64,000 nucleotides of DNA from Azolla caroliniana (GCA_043228905.1 JBHGNT010000007.1:1736001-1800000), one strand, 5' to 3'; shown: positions 49,966 to 64,000, counted from the stretch's first letter. The notes: generated from the letters alone by a model not told the origin. Numbers and translations are program-made.

Positions 49966-50398
49966 ACATGTTCGAGCCCATCTTGTTGTCTGTGTCATCC
50001 GAACCATTGTTTCCATGCGACATAGTTCATACTCACTACAATGGGAGATAGGGCTTAAAGTGCAAGATGAAATTAGCCAACTATGCACACTTACCCAAAA
50101 TTAATATCTTTGACCAAACCTGATCCTTGCCCGAATTTCTCTCATGATCACAGTGTGCACTCTTGATTGTGACATTCATCAGTAAAGTTCTTGAGCATGG
50201 AGAGTTGCTACTCACTTTCACATTTATTATATGAAAATGTTATATTTTTTGTCTCATAGGTAATATTTGATCTCTAAAGACGTTAATAAAATATATCCAT
50301 CTATCTACATATTTTGATTTTTTTTGAAATTCTTCATGAGGTTCCATGATGAAATACTTTATTGTTTTGTCATAATTTTATGTTCAGACCACATGTGG

Positions 50399-51353
50399 TT
50401 TTTTTTTTTTTTTCCAAAAAACATCTACTTCCATTAGTTAAGAATGTACAAAGGAATCATTTACAACTCATATCTTACAAGACATCTTGCATGTCAAAGG
50501 AAAACAATGTGTAGATGAAACAACATAAAAAAACAACTCCAAAACACCACATCATTCTATGTGTATAGCATTACTCGAACACATATTCTCCACGTGAGCC
50601 TCATACAAAACAGAATTCAGCATAGATGTCCTCCATTTGCTCCTCATGGCAGCACCCATCTAGATGTTAGGAACACTTGGAGGGAACAGCCACCGCGGTG
50701 GTTGATAATTCCACTTCACTTTACCATCCATTATCTGCAGCATCGGCGAACCGCTCCATTTCCGAAGGAATCGAGCTCTAGCTTCTTCACTTGCATCAGA
50801 TGGCCCTTGAAGACTTTCAAACTCACCTCGCAACGTAGAAATAAGATTAAACCAAATCATCATTAAATTCTCAGCCGGTGGGGTTCGTTTACCTGCGAGG
50901 GTCTCCTTGCACCGAGATACCCACACTTGCCAGACCGTAAGGCCGACCACTAATACCCATATGTCCACGTAGCGTTCCTGTAAGAAGAATAAACCTCCTT
51001 GCGTTGCTGGTTGCACAGATCCTTGCTTCACCATTAAAGAAGGATTGTTTCCATTCCACCCTTGAAACCACGAGGCCGATTCAGTGGCCAGCCAAGTGAT
51101 TGTTGTGCTCGATACATGAACCTCAACCCCAAAACGAGCCAAGATTCTTAAGCTCCTCAGCTAGATTTCTTGCGCTCGTGGGCAGCACCACAAACAATGA
51201 GCGATGTCCTCCAAGCTCGCACTACACGCCTTGCAACCACTCATGCCGCCTCTATTCCCAAGCCACTCTCCCGTTGGAACAGCCCGACGGGTGATTAACC
51301 AGAAAAACACTTTGATCCGCTCGGGAAGGGATGAGTTCCATATCCTGCTCCTG
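50399..51353 (-). mobile_element. 5'-truncated young L1 LINE copy with poly(A) tail and TSD
   Basis: Poly-T 50399-50413; TSD cagaccacatgtggttttt (from 50385) / cagaccacgtgtggttttt (51354-51372); zf-RVT ORF remnants. Confidence 0.93.
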
Positions 51354-53172
51354 CAGACCACGTGTGGTTTTTACCAAGGATATTATTTGATAATCTTTTC
51401 TAGGTTTAGGTTAATACTGTGTATGGACTAGATTATGAAGAGCACATGGCAAATATTTATTCAAATAACTAAAATTTAAACAATATTTGGAACTAATAAT
51501 CAACCCTATTGTTAAACATTTTTCCGATGAGTTTGTTCTAAGACAATGTGTTTTATGGGAGGGCACTATAAATTGACTTTGAACATATTGATACATCTAC
51601 AAAGAACAAAATTGGCACTAAAATCCAAACGATCATGTGGGTGGTCCGAACTACTCGCATTCTCGTTCTATCAATGACAAGATCCTAAAAAATGGATCAA
51701 GTTAATGTGTATATGGATGCCAAATATGAGAAATTAATATATTTATCCACAACCCACCACTTACTTGCATAAATGTAAGCACAATATTTAAGTTCTATAA
51801 TCATATATTAATCTATGCCATGTTTATAAAGCTTAGAATGTGACTATTTAGAAACAAAATTCAACACGCAATGTTCAATGTTGCATACATATGAACATTG
51901 TACCCATATATGAATATACTTCAAGTTTACCTAATAATATGTAGCCAAAATGAATAGTGTACATAGTCTAACTTTGATATTTGTTAATGCCTAATGAACA
52001 ATGGATGTATGAGACATCTTGTCATTTTCTTAAATAGAGGGTGTTGTTGCTTAATGATTTTACATGAACACCTAGAGATCCATAAGAGGTTAGCATGAGT
52101 CCTAGCATAACACATATTCTAAAAAGGTTTATTCGAAAACGTAATGTTGAGGAGACGAGACAGAGATAGAGAGAGGTAACCTATAAAATCAAATGCGGTG
52201 ACTTTGATTTATGATTCAAAGGTATGATTACCTACATTATGACTTGACAATTGGATTTTTGTAGCGAGAGGGGTTTGTGGCGTGCCATCAAGGTTGTCTA
52301 TGATCCATGTGGAAATACAGTATCATATTGACATGTTGAAATTGAAATACGAGTGATGGGCATTTGTTGTGGGATAATATCCATTATACTATTGAATTTT
52401 GCTCGAGGCATATTAGACAATATTAGAGAGATGCCCACATTTAATGAATGTTGAAATCAAGTTAATGATTGTCATTGTTTTACAATCTAATGATGAACTT
52501 ATGTAACGTACACTGTGGACAATGAAAATATACCTGATTGAGAATCCATGACATATCTAGGTACAAAAGATTGACAATGGACAAAAATACATGTCTTATA
52601 GTTTTCAATGGCACAAGAGAGTTTGGCTAACTTAGAGGGATATATTTGTTTGATTCCATCCCAAGGTAAAAATATATGAATGTGTGAATTTCTTATGCAA
52701 AATATTGAAGAACCGGTAGGCAAATGTCTTGTGTGTCAAATGGATAATGGTATACTATAAACATAAGGGTTGGACAGTTGTATGTTGTGTTTGAGTGAAA
52801 TATAGAAAAACAAAAACAAAAAATCACATTTGTGGTAGTACCAACAAATGGTATCCTACACAAGTTCAAACCGAAAGCCCAAAGGATTGCAACATGGCAA
52901 CTTGAATGGATGTAGTTCAAATGGTAACGTTGTCTAACAGAGGCCAAAAGACTATGCATTTAGCCCCTTGTATTTCATAGTGAAATCTAGTAATGTATTG
53001 TTATTAGTGAGAATGTGACAAAACCCCAATATAACAAAAACTAGGCTTGCCCCAAGCGTATCATTTTGATATGAGAAAGAAATAGTGAGAGAGAACCCAA
53101 ACTTATTTAGTTCAATTGGTATGGTTGTCTTATGGAGACACATAATTCAAACATAGGTTCAACTAGCAGCCC

Positions 53173-53189
53173 TGATATATCTATATATC

Positions 53190-53248
<59 letters not shown>
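53173..53248. repeat. (TA)n(GA)n microsatellite
   Basis: Direct reading. Confidence 0.9.
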
Positions 53249-53251
<3 letters not shown>

Positions 53252-54860
53252 AATGTGCTCAACATCAACATTTCATAGTGGCCTCTAGTGCAATAGTGTA
53301 CTAATGCAATCTAAAGTCAAGTGCATGGGTTAATAAAAATATGACATACAACTGGAGTATACCGTATAACCATGATAGAAAAGATAAAGAAAGAGAGAGA
53401 CCCCTTATCAAGAGAAATTGAATGCCTACTGTTTCGAGGTTTTTGGATCATGTTACGCTTTTGCCCTTTCGGAGGAGAAAGAGATATTATTTAGCATGCA
53501 AAAATGTGATGTATGAGAAAGTGACGAGCCCATGGAGAGGATCGAACTTGGGGTATTGTCTATTTATCTAAGAAACCAATGTAAAAGACATTAAGGACAT
53601 TTCTTGAATGCCGACATGGACTCAAGGGATGAATCATGAAGTGAGTACAAACAAGATACAGAACACATCTTGTGAATGTGTCGTCGGGAAAGCAAAACAT
53701 GACACAGACGGTCAATGCGAACTGAGAGAACATTTCAGACGATGAAATGGACATAGACCGAAACAAGAGAGAGAGCGATGCACACTTTTTTTTTTCGCAG
53801 TGTGTTGAGTTGAGTGCACGTAATCTACACTTTAACATATACGAGATGCATCCGAGTTTGAAAACATCTAGTCCGATGATTGATTGAACGAACAAACGAA
53901 CGAATGAATGAATAGGAAATGGAATCAAACGGAAGCAAATCAACAAAAGCAATGTGAAATAAGAAAAAGTTGCATGGCATGATTCTTCTTTCCTTGTTGA
54001 ATATGGTGTTTGTTTGATGGTGATTGGTGTGTGTAATATGATGATGCCTCACTCACTTCTATTCTTCCAATTTTCTTCCAATTTTCTTTCAATTATCTAT
54101 ATCCATGGGAAAAAGAAAGTAGAGACACCCAAGAATTTATCTGATGATTTCTCATTCCCCCCAATCAATTTGGTCTTATGAACGTCATCCCTGACCTTTC
54201 TTTTTCCTTTCTTTATATATATATATATATATATATAGTCTTTAAAGCCCATAAGATTCAATGGCACACATTTGAATCAGATCTTCTTCTCCTCCTCCTC
54301 CTGTTGGTCAAGGCTTTTTTTTGAGGGGGGGGTTCTCTGAGGCTTAAGAGCTCTTCTGAGTTCTGCCATTAAGCTCTTTTTTTGTGTTTTGTGAGTTCTG
54401 GGCTTCTTCACTTAAGGTTCTTCTCTGATTTTCAAGATTAGGGTTCCACAGAAGGTTAAGGATTCTGTGAGAATTAGGGTTATTGGGGTATTTGGAGTTT
54501 TCGCAATTAATAGGGTTTGTTCAGATTAAGCTTCTAGGGAGATTTATTAGCGTTTCTGTGAGAATTTAAAGGCTTTCTTTGAGAGTTTAGGGTTTTTTGG
54601 GAGCGTTTTAAGGAACCTAAAACAAAGTTTTTCGTAACCTAAAACAACTTATTTCTGTGTGGGTTTTGGGATTCAGGAATTGGGTTCTTCTCCGAATTTG
54701 AAGTTAGGGTTTCAACAGCTGTATATTCTGGAAATAGGGTTTCTTTACAAGGGTTAGAGCTTGCTTGGCAAAGAATTAGGGTTTCTTCTTAAACTTTTTT
54801 ATGTTTCCTTCTAATTTGTGCACAAGGAGAATGATGAGATTGGTATGCATGAGATGAGGG

Positions 54861-56671
54861 ATGCTATCAAGTTTAGGCAATTGGGTTTCTTCTTGCTGGG
54901 GGTATGGAAGGAGTAATGGAGAGGGAGAGCTTTTGACTGCACAAGATATAGGGAAGCATAGCTATGGTGAATTCTCCATGGCTTCCATACAAGCAAACCA
55001 ACAAAATGAAGATAGTTTCCACATTGAATCTTATCCACCCTTTGGAGGCCTTTTTGTGGGCATCTTTGATGGCCATGGTGGATATGAAGCCTCCCAATTC
55101 ATTAAAACCCACCTATTCTCCCATCTCACAAGTAAAAACAACTAATCCTTCCACATACTCTTCTAATTTTAGACCTAACTTACAATCAATCTTTTGCAAG
55201 ACCATGAATGAATCTTTTGATACCTTAAATGATTGTAAATGATGTTTTCCTCGGCTTTTTTCTTTTAAATTCATGGTACCAGAGTTTGTGTCTCTGATGG
55301 GCGGCGTGTCTGAAACCTCCATTGGGATGGCATTTGACAATACGGAGCGGGAGTTTGAGGCACGCGTCACTGCCGCTTGGTCAACAAATCCACATCTTGC
55401 AACTGTCGGCTCATGTGCTCTGGTTGGAGTCATTAGCGATGGACGACTTTACATCTCGAGCCTCGGTGATTCGAGAGCTGTTTTGGGGAGATTATGTAAA
55501 ACCAATGGAGCTTGTACCTCTCTTCAACTAAGTACTGAACACAATGTCGGGATCGAGGCCATACGAGAAGAAATGAAATTTCTTCATCCCGATGATTCGA
55601 ATATTGTTTCATTGCGACATGGAGTGTGGCGAGTGAGGGGCATTATTCAGGTTTTACCTCATTGTCCATTGTCTCAATGTCCCTATGCTTGTCCACATGT
55701 GTTCGCAAAGAATAAGCCACTATAGTAATTTGGACTCGATATAAAGAGAAAATTAGCGAAGATAGAAAGCTTTGGTATAAGTCTAAATCCTTAATCATTT
55801 ATATCTCTATATCTAAACATAGAATTAACCTCTTGAATAACAAAAATCAAGGAGCACCCAATGCTTTAATGGATGGACAGATTTTAAAATTTTAACATGA
55901 AGCCTTTAAAATGTAGTGGAACAACATTCTTAAAGTCATGCATAGTATAACATTAGGAAAATGTAGGTTTGCTTGTGTCATATCATGTGTTATAGATCCT
56001 TTAAAACGGTCAACTAGGCGTTTGCATAGATTATGGTCCATATGTCCCCAAAACCTAATCAAATGTTTAACAATGAATACATTAGGTTTCAAGGTCTATT
56101 GGTGACATGTACTTGAAAAAACAAGAATTCAATCAAGAGCCTCTTTATGCAAAGTTTCGATTATCCGAGCCGCTTTCCCGCCCACTCCTCACGTCAAAGC
56201 CCACTATTTTAGTGCATGAGCTTCAACCTGATGACAACTTCGTAATTTTTGCATCTGACGGTTTGTGGGACCATTTAACTAATGATGAAGCAGTCGATAT
56301 AGTGAGCCGACATCCACATAAGGTATGCCTCTAAATTACAAGAATTCTCCAAAATGAAAAAAGTAAAAAAAGTGTGAACATTTTAGTGAGATTCATCTTG
56401 ATTGTAATCGTAGGGAGTGGCAAGAAAGTTGATCAATTTGGCTTTGCAAAAGGCAGCTAAGAAGCGAGAGGTGAGATATGAGGACCTCCAAAAGATCAAG
56501 AAAGGCATTAGGCGTCACTTTCACGATGATATCACTGTAGTCGTCGTCTTTTTGAATCAAGAATTCATCAGGAGAAGTTCAAAGATTGGTAGAGTATTAC
56601 ATATGAATATGATGGATAGCCACTCTACCGCCAGTGTCCATGCTCACCAAGATTACAACGTAAAATGGTAA
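54861..56671 (+). CDS. Protein phosphatase 2C, clade D, about 377 aa
   Basis: Exons 54861-55131, 55283-55650, 56086-56322 and 56414-56671 (GT-AG, 1134 nt open). Motifs: [79 protein letters not shown]. Confidence 0.95.
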
Positions 56672-58933
56672 ATTTTTCTAACACTTCAAAATCAAGAACA
56701 TTGATGACATGTCCCTATACATCCGAATGAGATGCCACATTATGTAGCCAATTGTGAAAGGTTCAGTCTAAGAGACTACATGTTGGTCATATAAATGCAC
56801 CTTTAACCAGATGTATATTACCTCTACAAGTTTGCATTAAGAGATTGGCGCGACGATGACCCTAATTGGTCGTCCATTCTCTCACTACATATTAAGATAT
56901 TGGACCTCCAAAGTGTTAATGTGTGTTCCAATCTATTACTATTTTTGGTCACTCGAACTAGGCCATCAACTACAACCACCCATCCAAATGTCCAAAGGAT
57001 GTATAAATTGATCCTTGGTTTACGAGATATTTCAAATGCATCAAAGCTTTACATTGAAATAAGCCAAAATTATCACACCCAAGAAAGCTTGGGCATGGGC
57101 ACCAAATATCTAAATGAAAGGTGAAACCTATCCTTGATATTGACTTGGACTTGATTATGCTTCCGATGGAGACTAAGACAATCCCATTCCTAACTCCAAA
57201 TCAGCCAATGTTTATTTTTTAACCTTTTTAATTATTTTACAATTTTTATATGCTCCATGTCATCAACATGGGGATGCATTTATTTACAAATAAAGATGGC
57301 GATCACATTATCATATACATATGTATAAGAAAATAATCCAACATTTGGAGTTCACATTATTATAAATTTAAATGCATTTAATTCACCTTGTCATATATAA
57401 TTTCATGTGTTGGGCAAGTATTTTATTTGATTGAGTTGTGTTAAGCATTTATGTTTGTTGATTCTAGCTTATATAGCACAATTGTATGAATTGTTATTCT
57501 AAGATGATGAAAATGATCAACCAAAGCATAGAATGAGAACATTGGAAATGAAACATTTAATATTGTAACCACCTTCATCCTACAACTAAAGTCATCAACT
57601 AATTCATAGTAAAGAGGCATCTCATGACTAACATAACAACTAACCGTTTTCAGTACACTTGAAAACTAAACCTACTCTACCGAAGCCTCCAACTTGGATT
57701 ATAGGCAACATAACTCTCTTGAGAGAACATGATAAAACTTTCAAGAATACATGCATAATTCTGCCTTTAAAACTCACTTAGAACATGTATTAAGTGCAAT
57801 CCTCTTACCATGTAACATAACCTTTTCTTGGGAACTTGTCTAAATAAGTGCAAGCCTACTATGCCATTGACTATAGATGCATAAGTTCTTTTGAGAACTC
57901 AATTACAACACCATAAACTAAAATATTTCTATGTCTCTCTTGAGAATGGACTAAGTGTATTGTCAAAATACCTTGCTATATATAATGCATAAACTCATTT
58001 AGAAGTTACATCATTGTTAAAAAATGCCTCTTATCAAGTGTGTATAATTCACAAGAAACCTAAGCCTTGGACCTCGTAATATTTATATATTGCTAATGCT
58101 CCCTTGGATCCATTTGAACCAAAAGCCCATATACTCATATTGCAATCATTGTCTATATAGAAGCTTTATGGTTTAGCAACTTCTCAAACAATTTGGGTAT
58201 TTTGGTAAATATCCTATAATCAAAACTCAAGTAGAACAAAGTAAAATACAAGCTTAAGTCCTTGGACTATGCACATGGACACGGACATGCACACACATAC
58301 TACATAGTGTAACTCCCTTAGAGTATAGTAAATTGTTAGCCTCAACCTAAACCCTACACATGAATCCTCATTCTACATTTATATCCAACATTGTCAGTTA
58401 TGTTGTAAGTTATGGCGCCAAGTTGCATTCAGACGCTCATTTGTTGCGTTTTTTTTTGTCCCGAGTCTTTCACTCCTATAGTCTATAGATTGATATGTAT
58501 TGTATACATATGCATAACTCATAAAAGAGCTCAATAAAGCCTACGCGTGAACTTTCTTTCTACAAATATATTCATGTTTTCAACATTGTTAATTGTAGGA
58601 CTACTCGCTCATTGTTAGTCTTGCATACCAAAGCCTTTTGCTTGTGTGTGTCTCTGTTTGTGTGTGTGTCTGTATGTAGGCCCTAAACCCTCTTACAATT
58701 GTCTGCTTATGTGTATGTATGTATGTATGTATGTAGGCCCTAAACCCTCTTACAAGTGTCTTCTTATGTGTACATATGTATGTATGAATATATGTATGTG
58801 GTACTTACAAGAGAGTACCACATATATACACATACATATATGTAAGTACTTGCAACTTTGAACAGAGTAGCCTCTCCATATGTAACACAGTATCCATTGA
58901 TTCTTCTGTTTCAAGGTCTCCTTTCTCGAAGAA

Positions 58934-60532
58934 ATGGCGAGCGAGTTCATGAGAACATTTACAGGAAGACTGACAACAACCCAATTCTTGAAAACCCTCA
59001 AACTTGAAGGAGATAAGCAAAAAGCTCTGCATTTCTTCATATGGGCATCGAGGCAGAAGTTCTATCGACATGGGTTCGAATCCCACCAAAGGATATTAGA
59101 GCTGTGGGGTCATAAACCACAATTCAAAGACTTCCTTCGTCTTCTCGATCATTCTAGAAACCCTGATTTCCAACTAACAGATGCGAACTTCACCCTTCTC
59201 ATGAAAGGGTATGGCTGGGCAGGTATGCTCGAGTATGCTCTTCAAACTTTCCATAATCTTAGGGTTTGTGGGTCTACCCCTAATGTTATACATTACACTT
59301 GTCTTATTGATACACTTGTTAGATGTAATCAATTGGATATGGCCATGAACTATTTCAATGAAATGGTTGAGAATGGTTGTTTACCTAATGTTTTCACTTA
59401 CAATGCCATCATACATGGACTTTGTGAGGCTAATGATTTGAAGAATGCTTGTAAATTGCTCGATGAAATGAAGTCCAACGATGATGGGTCAATGCCTAAT
59501 GTTCATACTTATAATACATTGATTCATGGGTTGTGTAAACATGGTAGAGAAAAGCAAGCGTTGGCCATGTTTCGAGCAATGCTTGAGAAAGGATGTGACC
59601 CGAATGTGGTCACATATAACACATTGATCCAAGATCTATGCAAACGAGGCCGTGTTCACGAGTCTTATTATCTTCTTGAAGAAATGGCATACAATGGTTG
59701 TTTCCCAAATACTGTGACTTACACTATAATTATTGATGGTTTGTGTAGAGAGGATAAGGCTGGAAAAGCTTATGAGCTTTTAAGGAAAGTTGAGAAAGTT
59801 TGTAGTCCTGATGAAATAACATATGGGTCTTTGCTTAATGGTCTTTGTAAGGCTGGGAAACATGTGGAAACTGCTCGCGTGTTGCAAGAAATGTCCGAGA
59901 AAGGATTTCATCCAAATTTTGTTACCTATAATGGTCTCATTAGCTCGTTCTGTAAAGCGGGAGAATTCGAAGAAGCTTTTAAAATTTGGGATATTGTGAA
60001 GGAAAAAGGGAATATACCATACATATCTACATATAATTCGATCATCAATGGTCTCTGCAAAGCGGGAAAAACCAAGGAAAGTCTCACACTCTTCGAAGAG
60101 ATGAAGAAGTATGGCCGGGCACCTGATGTTGTTACATATACGTCATTAATTGATGGGTTTGCGAGGAAATGTATGTTTCAGGATGCTTTTGATATGTTGA
60201 AAGAAATGGAAAGGGCAGGAATCAAACCTGATGCATTTGCTTATAATGCATTGATCAATGGTTTGTGCAAAGCTGAGAAATTATTAGAAGCACATGCATT
60301 GATGGATCAAATGGTAGAGAAAGGTTGTAAACCTGGGCTTATTACATATAATACATTCATGGATTGTATTTGTCGGGCAGGTAAAGTTGAAAAGATAAAT
60401 TCTTTGTTGGAAGAAATGAAAGCGAATGGTTGTCGGCCTGATATCATCACATATCGTTCTATTTATTTTGGGCTTCGGAAGGCAGGAAAAATGCAAGAGG
60501 CTTCAAAGTTCAAGAAATTAGCTGAAAAATGA
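58934..60532 (+). CDS. P-class pentatricopeptide repeat protein, 532 aa
   Basis: Uninterrupted ORF with about 12-13 tandem 35-aa repeats (TYNxLIxGLCKxG..A..L..EM...GC.P[ND]) preceded by ALHFFIWA.RQ..Y.H; no E/DYW domain. Confidence 0.95.
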   Translation: MASEFMRTFTGRLTTTQFLKTLKLEGDKQKALHFFIWASRQKFYRHGFESHQRILELWGHKPQFKDFLRLLDHSRNPDFQLTDANFTLLMKGYGWAGMLEYALQTFHNLRVCGSTPNVIHYTCLIDTLVRCNQLDMAMNYFNEMVENGCLPNVFTYNAIIHGLCEANDLKNACKLLDEMKSNDDGSMPNVHTYNTLIHGLCKHGREKQALAMFRAMLEKGCDPNVVTYNTLIQDLCKRGRVHESYYLLEEMAYNGCFPNTVTYTIIIDGLCREDKAGKAYELLRKVEKVCSPDEITYGSLLNGLCKAGKHVETARVLQEMSEKGFHPNFVTYNGLISSFCKAGEFEEAFKIWDIVKEKGNIPYISTYNSIINGLCKAGKTKESLTLFEEMKKYGRAPDVVTYTSLIDGFARKCMFQDAFDMLKEMERAGIKPDAFAYNALINGLCKAEKLLEAHALMDQMVEKGCKPGLITYNTFMDCICRAGKVEKINSLLEEMKANGCRPDIITYRSIYFGLRKAGKMQEASKFKKLAEK

Positions 60533-62968
60533 GTTTGAAACAAGGATGTCCACAAAGCCGGATAAATTTTTGTTAGATGAGTGCCTTATTTCGTGGCAAA
60601 TTGTGAGAGTTTTCTTCTGTCCTAGTCTACTTTCCTTTTTGCATGTAAATGCTTCATTGCAAAAAGTTGTATTTTGAGGCTTGGTGTCTTCTCCATTCTA
60701 TGAATATTGGCATCCGTTCATAACTAAACTCAAGTACATCTCCATGCCCACGCTTACCTTGTGTATGCTACTTGTCCACATTCATTGAGCTAGAAGATTT
60801 TTTTCAGCATAACACCACATATCTCTCTCATTCAAGAGTCTGACTAGACATATTCTAATGTATAAAGAGAGAGTGAGCTTTGGCAAAGATATTCCTTATA
60901 TTCTCTTTTGTTGAGATATATAAGGCATCGATGATGTCTTTTTGAATTTGCTCATGAAGTTGATCAGGATAACTTGAAAGCGTTCAATTTATTGACCGAA
61001 TTGATGAGTCCTATTTGCTAAATGCAAGCATCTCACCATAACATTGATGGTTCTAATGTGTTTATTCAATAGAGCTTTATGTTTTGCTTCTTGTTTATCT
61101 AAGATAATGTTGAAGTTTGAAGGAGAAATCAGAACCCAGTCATGGGTGACTTATGATTATCATTGTCACTTGCCCATATCAGATCACAAAAACCTGGTTA
61201 TATGTATTTGTTGAAGGAAGATCCTCCATGCTAATTTTGGGTACCTTTTGGAATGATCTGATAACACAAAACTCAAGGTTAAGAGATGTATCATTGGATG
61301 CATGTAATCAAGGACATTGTCCACAAAATCTTTATTGACAAAAGTAACATCATTGTTTTTTTATTGATACACAGACTTCGCTTTCAATTGTACAACACTT
61401 CAAACATAAAGTTCAATAGCTTATGTTCTTGTATTGCTCTTGAAACATAAGCATTGATTTATTAGACATATAGACCACAACATATGCCACTATTTTCCGT
61501 TTGCCACTTCAATAACTCGTGTGATCTTAAATGCCCGTAGAAATTGTGTGATCAATAGGGCTCAAACCAGCAATCCCTAAAATTTTCCCATTTTCCAATG
61601 TTGTTAAGAAATCTAACTGAAGTAGCTCCAACCAAACATAGTAGTTGATACAAACAAAAGTTTCAAAACCTATTTCAACCTTTGGGTACTAAATAGCTCT
61701 CACTTTAACTTTTGTGCATGTCAATCACCTTAATTAACTACATGCAATCAGCAAAACTTATTTGTCAATAGATGCACCTATTTGTGTCAATCACATAAAT
61801 ACTAGGTGGTTTATCATTAAGTTTCCAAGCATGGTTACAAATGGGGTCAACTGTTTAAAGTAAAAGCTCTTTTGTCATTTGTGATGCTTGAAAGTATCAT
61901 CGTACGTGATGGGCTTATCGATATCATCACAATTTAACTCATTATTGGAATCAATTGGCTCATGTTGCAGATTTCTTGTTTCCAACCCCCTTCACAACAT
62001 CAAATTTGAATGGTTTTTAAGTCTAGAGTTTTGATAACCCACGAAGAACTTGAGGTTAATTTCCCCTTATGTGCTTTATAAGTAGTAAATATCCAATTGA
62101 CCAAGTGTATCCTATAATATCTAAGTAGTAAGTGATTTAGATGACCAAGTATCATCTAAATCACGAAACAATAATCTCTACCATTGAGCACTTTATTGGT
62201 ATTATATGACATGAAACCATCATGCTATAGTTTTGTCATTATGTTTGATTCAATGGACACTAAAATAGTCCAAGACATTTACACGTCATAGAATGCCTAA
62301 AGATTTTACTTGATGGTTTTCATGTGTTTAATATTCCGTTATTCCGTTATTTTGTCCTCCTAGGACTTGTATTTGACATATTATTTATGACATTTGACAT
62401 TTTATTGGACTTCAATTTTAAGATAATGAGTTATGGTGTCGTGATTTGGGAACCTCACATGAGGAAATGTATTAGATGTAAGTTATATGAAAGGTTCAAG
62501 GGTAGAAGAATTATGATGAGGACTTTCGTTGCCAAGGTAGTGAAAGGACATAGCTCGATTGGTAAGAGCTTACCTTTAAAACAATAAGGTCAAGGGTTTA
62601 AAACAATAAGGTCGAGGGAGAAAAGAGCTCAATTTCAAGGGGTGGAAATTTGTACATGGTGAAAGCACTGTCGAATTTTTACGGGAGCTTAAGAGAGCAA
62701 TCAAAACCACCGATGACAAAAGGCAATGAAGCCATCTCTCACATGTCTCTTCAGGATCTCCTCAAAATTGTGCCTATTCGTATAATGTTTGTACATTGCT
62801 TTCTTATCTATGCGTCGTCAAGCTACTCCACGTAACAAAGCTTAGTCTTAACTTGTATATGAATCAATTTCTTGAGCCTTCGATGTAATTTTTTACTTTT
62901 TGATATTTATATAGAATTAATTCTAGTAAATCTACTCAAGGTATTGCTTCTTAGTATAGACACAGAAC

Positions 62969-64000
62969 ATGACGAGTGCATTCGATGCTGCAACAACACA
63001 CAAAAGGGACTCCAGTGCACCGCCCTTTGCTTCCTCTCTAGTCGCAGATCTCACGGTGAACTTCTATCTCTCTACTGTTGCAGAACTTCTACTTAACAAA
63101 GTTTCCCATAATATATATTTCTTACGAAAGAACAAACCGACTCTCTCTTCATTACACTTATTCAACCTCGGTTGCAAGGTGAGTTAGCACAAATAATCGC
63201 CATCAAATTTCTCGGTAAGGGTTGCTATCACATTGAATTTAATAGTGGTAATATGGTGGATAAATTGCTTCTATTGGGTAGTGTTAAGATCAAAGGAATA
63301 TGGATGCAATTTTTAAAATGGTATGTGGGATTCAATTTAGATGACTTAAGAGACACAATTTCTAGGCGATTTGTTTCTCTGTAATGTTCCCGGCCTTACC
63401 CAAAGAGTGGCGACCGGTAATAAATGATATTGCGGCCACAATTGGGCATTTGATAGATGACGATGTAGAAATTGATAGGTTTAATTCAAAAAACCATAAT
63501 ACACCAATAGTGTGATTGTTAGGTCCTAGTAATATGGTTCTTCCCGCATCGATTCGATTGCCGCCATTGAGTGGTGGCAAAGCGCGATTACAAAAGATTA
63601 TATATGTTGGATTGCCGAATCAATGCTTCAAATGTTGGCAAATTGGGCATATGCCAGAATGCACCTCATGTGAATAGCATGGAAAAATATAAAGAAAAGG
63701 GGGCTACAGATGTGGTGGACGAGTGGACTACAGTGAGAAAAGGAAAAGGTCTTCTTGCAAAGAATGTGAACCTTTCTAACAAATGGGTTCCAAAAAGGAA
63801 TAGATTTGGACCCATTGGTAATCTCACACAAACCTTGCCACTGGATGATGTTTTGGTTGAGGAGGTAGATGAATCTTCCATTACAAAACATAAAATTGAT
63901 ATGGATCGAATTATAGATCGTGACCTTTCTAATTCTTCAATGAATATAGGTGTTAATGATTTACTAGACTCCTTGGTAGGTGAGGCACATACCAAGGATA
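62969..64000 (+). mobile_element. Degenerate L1 LINE ORF1 (5' part of an element running off the window)
   Basis: FLGKGCYHIEF..KWYVGF..FPALPKEW..IG and QKIIYVGLPNQCFKCWQIGH..EC zinc knuckle, with frameshifts. Confidence 0.8.

Noticed and set aside
53525-53552. Minus-strand tRNA T-arm-like fragment (GTTCGATCC)
   Set aside because: Too short; no A-box or cloverleaf.
54435-54790. Interstitial telomere array
   Set aside because: The motifs are dispersed, not tandem TTTAGGG.

Overview
Repeat-rich land-plant nuclear DNA; a fern-like genome is plausible, but that is inference from repeat style and is not demonstrable here. Host content is three apparently intact + strand protein genes (a 4-exon RIN4/NOI homolog, a 4-exon clade-D PP2C and a P-class PPR), a convergent tRNA-Ser(AGA)/tRNA-Cys(GCA) pair and a frameshifted DnaJ pseudogene. 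The rest is L1- and RTE-type LINE remnants, two hAT-type MITEs, solo LTRs, a 13-kb nested chromovirus stack (34816-47963) and many microsatellites. The most striking signal is a group of related Ty3/gypsy LTRs (five insertions) whose U3 has a shared layout: TG end, outward-facing tRNA-like A/B-box cassette, heat-shock-element-like array, TATA. These elements have no tRNA PBS; instead the post-LTR sequence is complementary to their own predicted transcript 5' end (Tf1-like self-priming). Three separate TSD-flanked insertions show the same fold-back junction (U5 end + 2 nt + inverted U3), as would be expected from snap-back priming. All coordinates were read by eye; degenerate TE boundaries are approximate.
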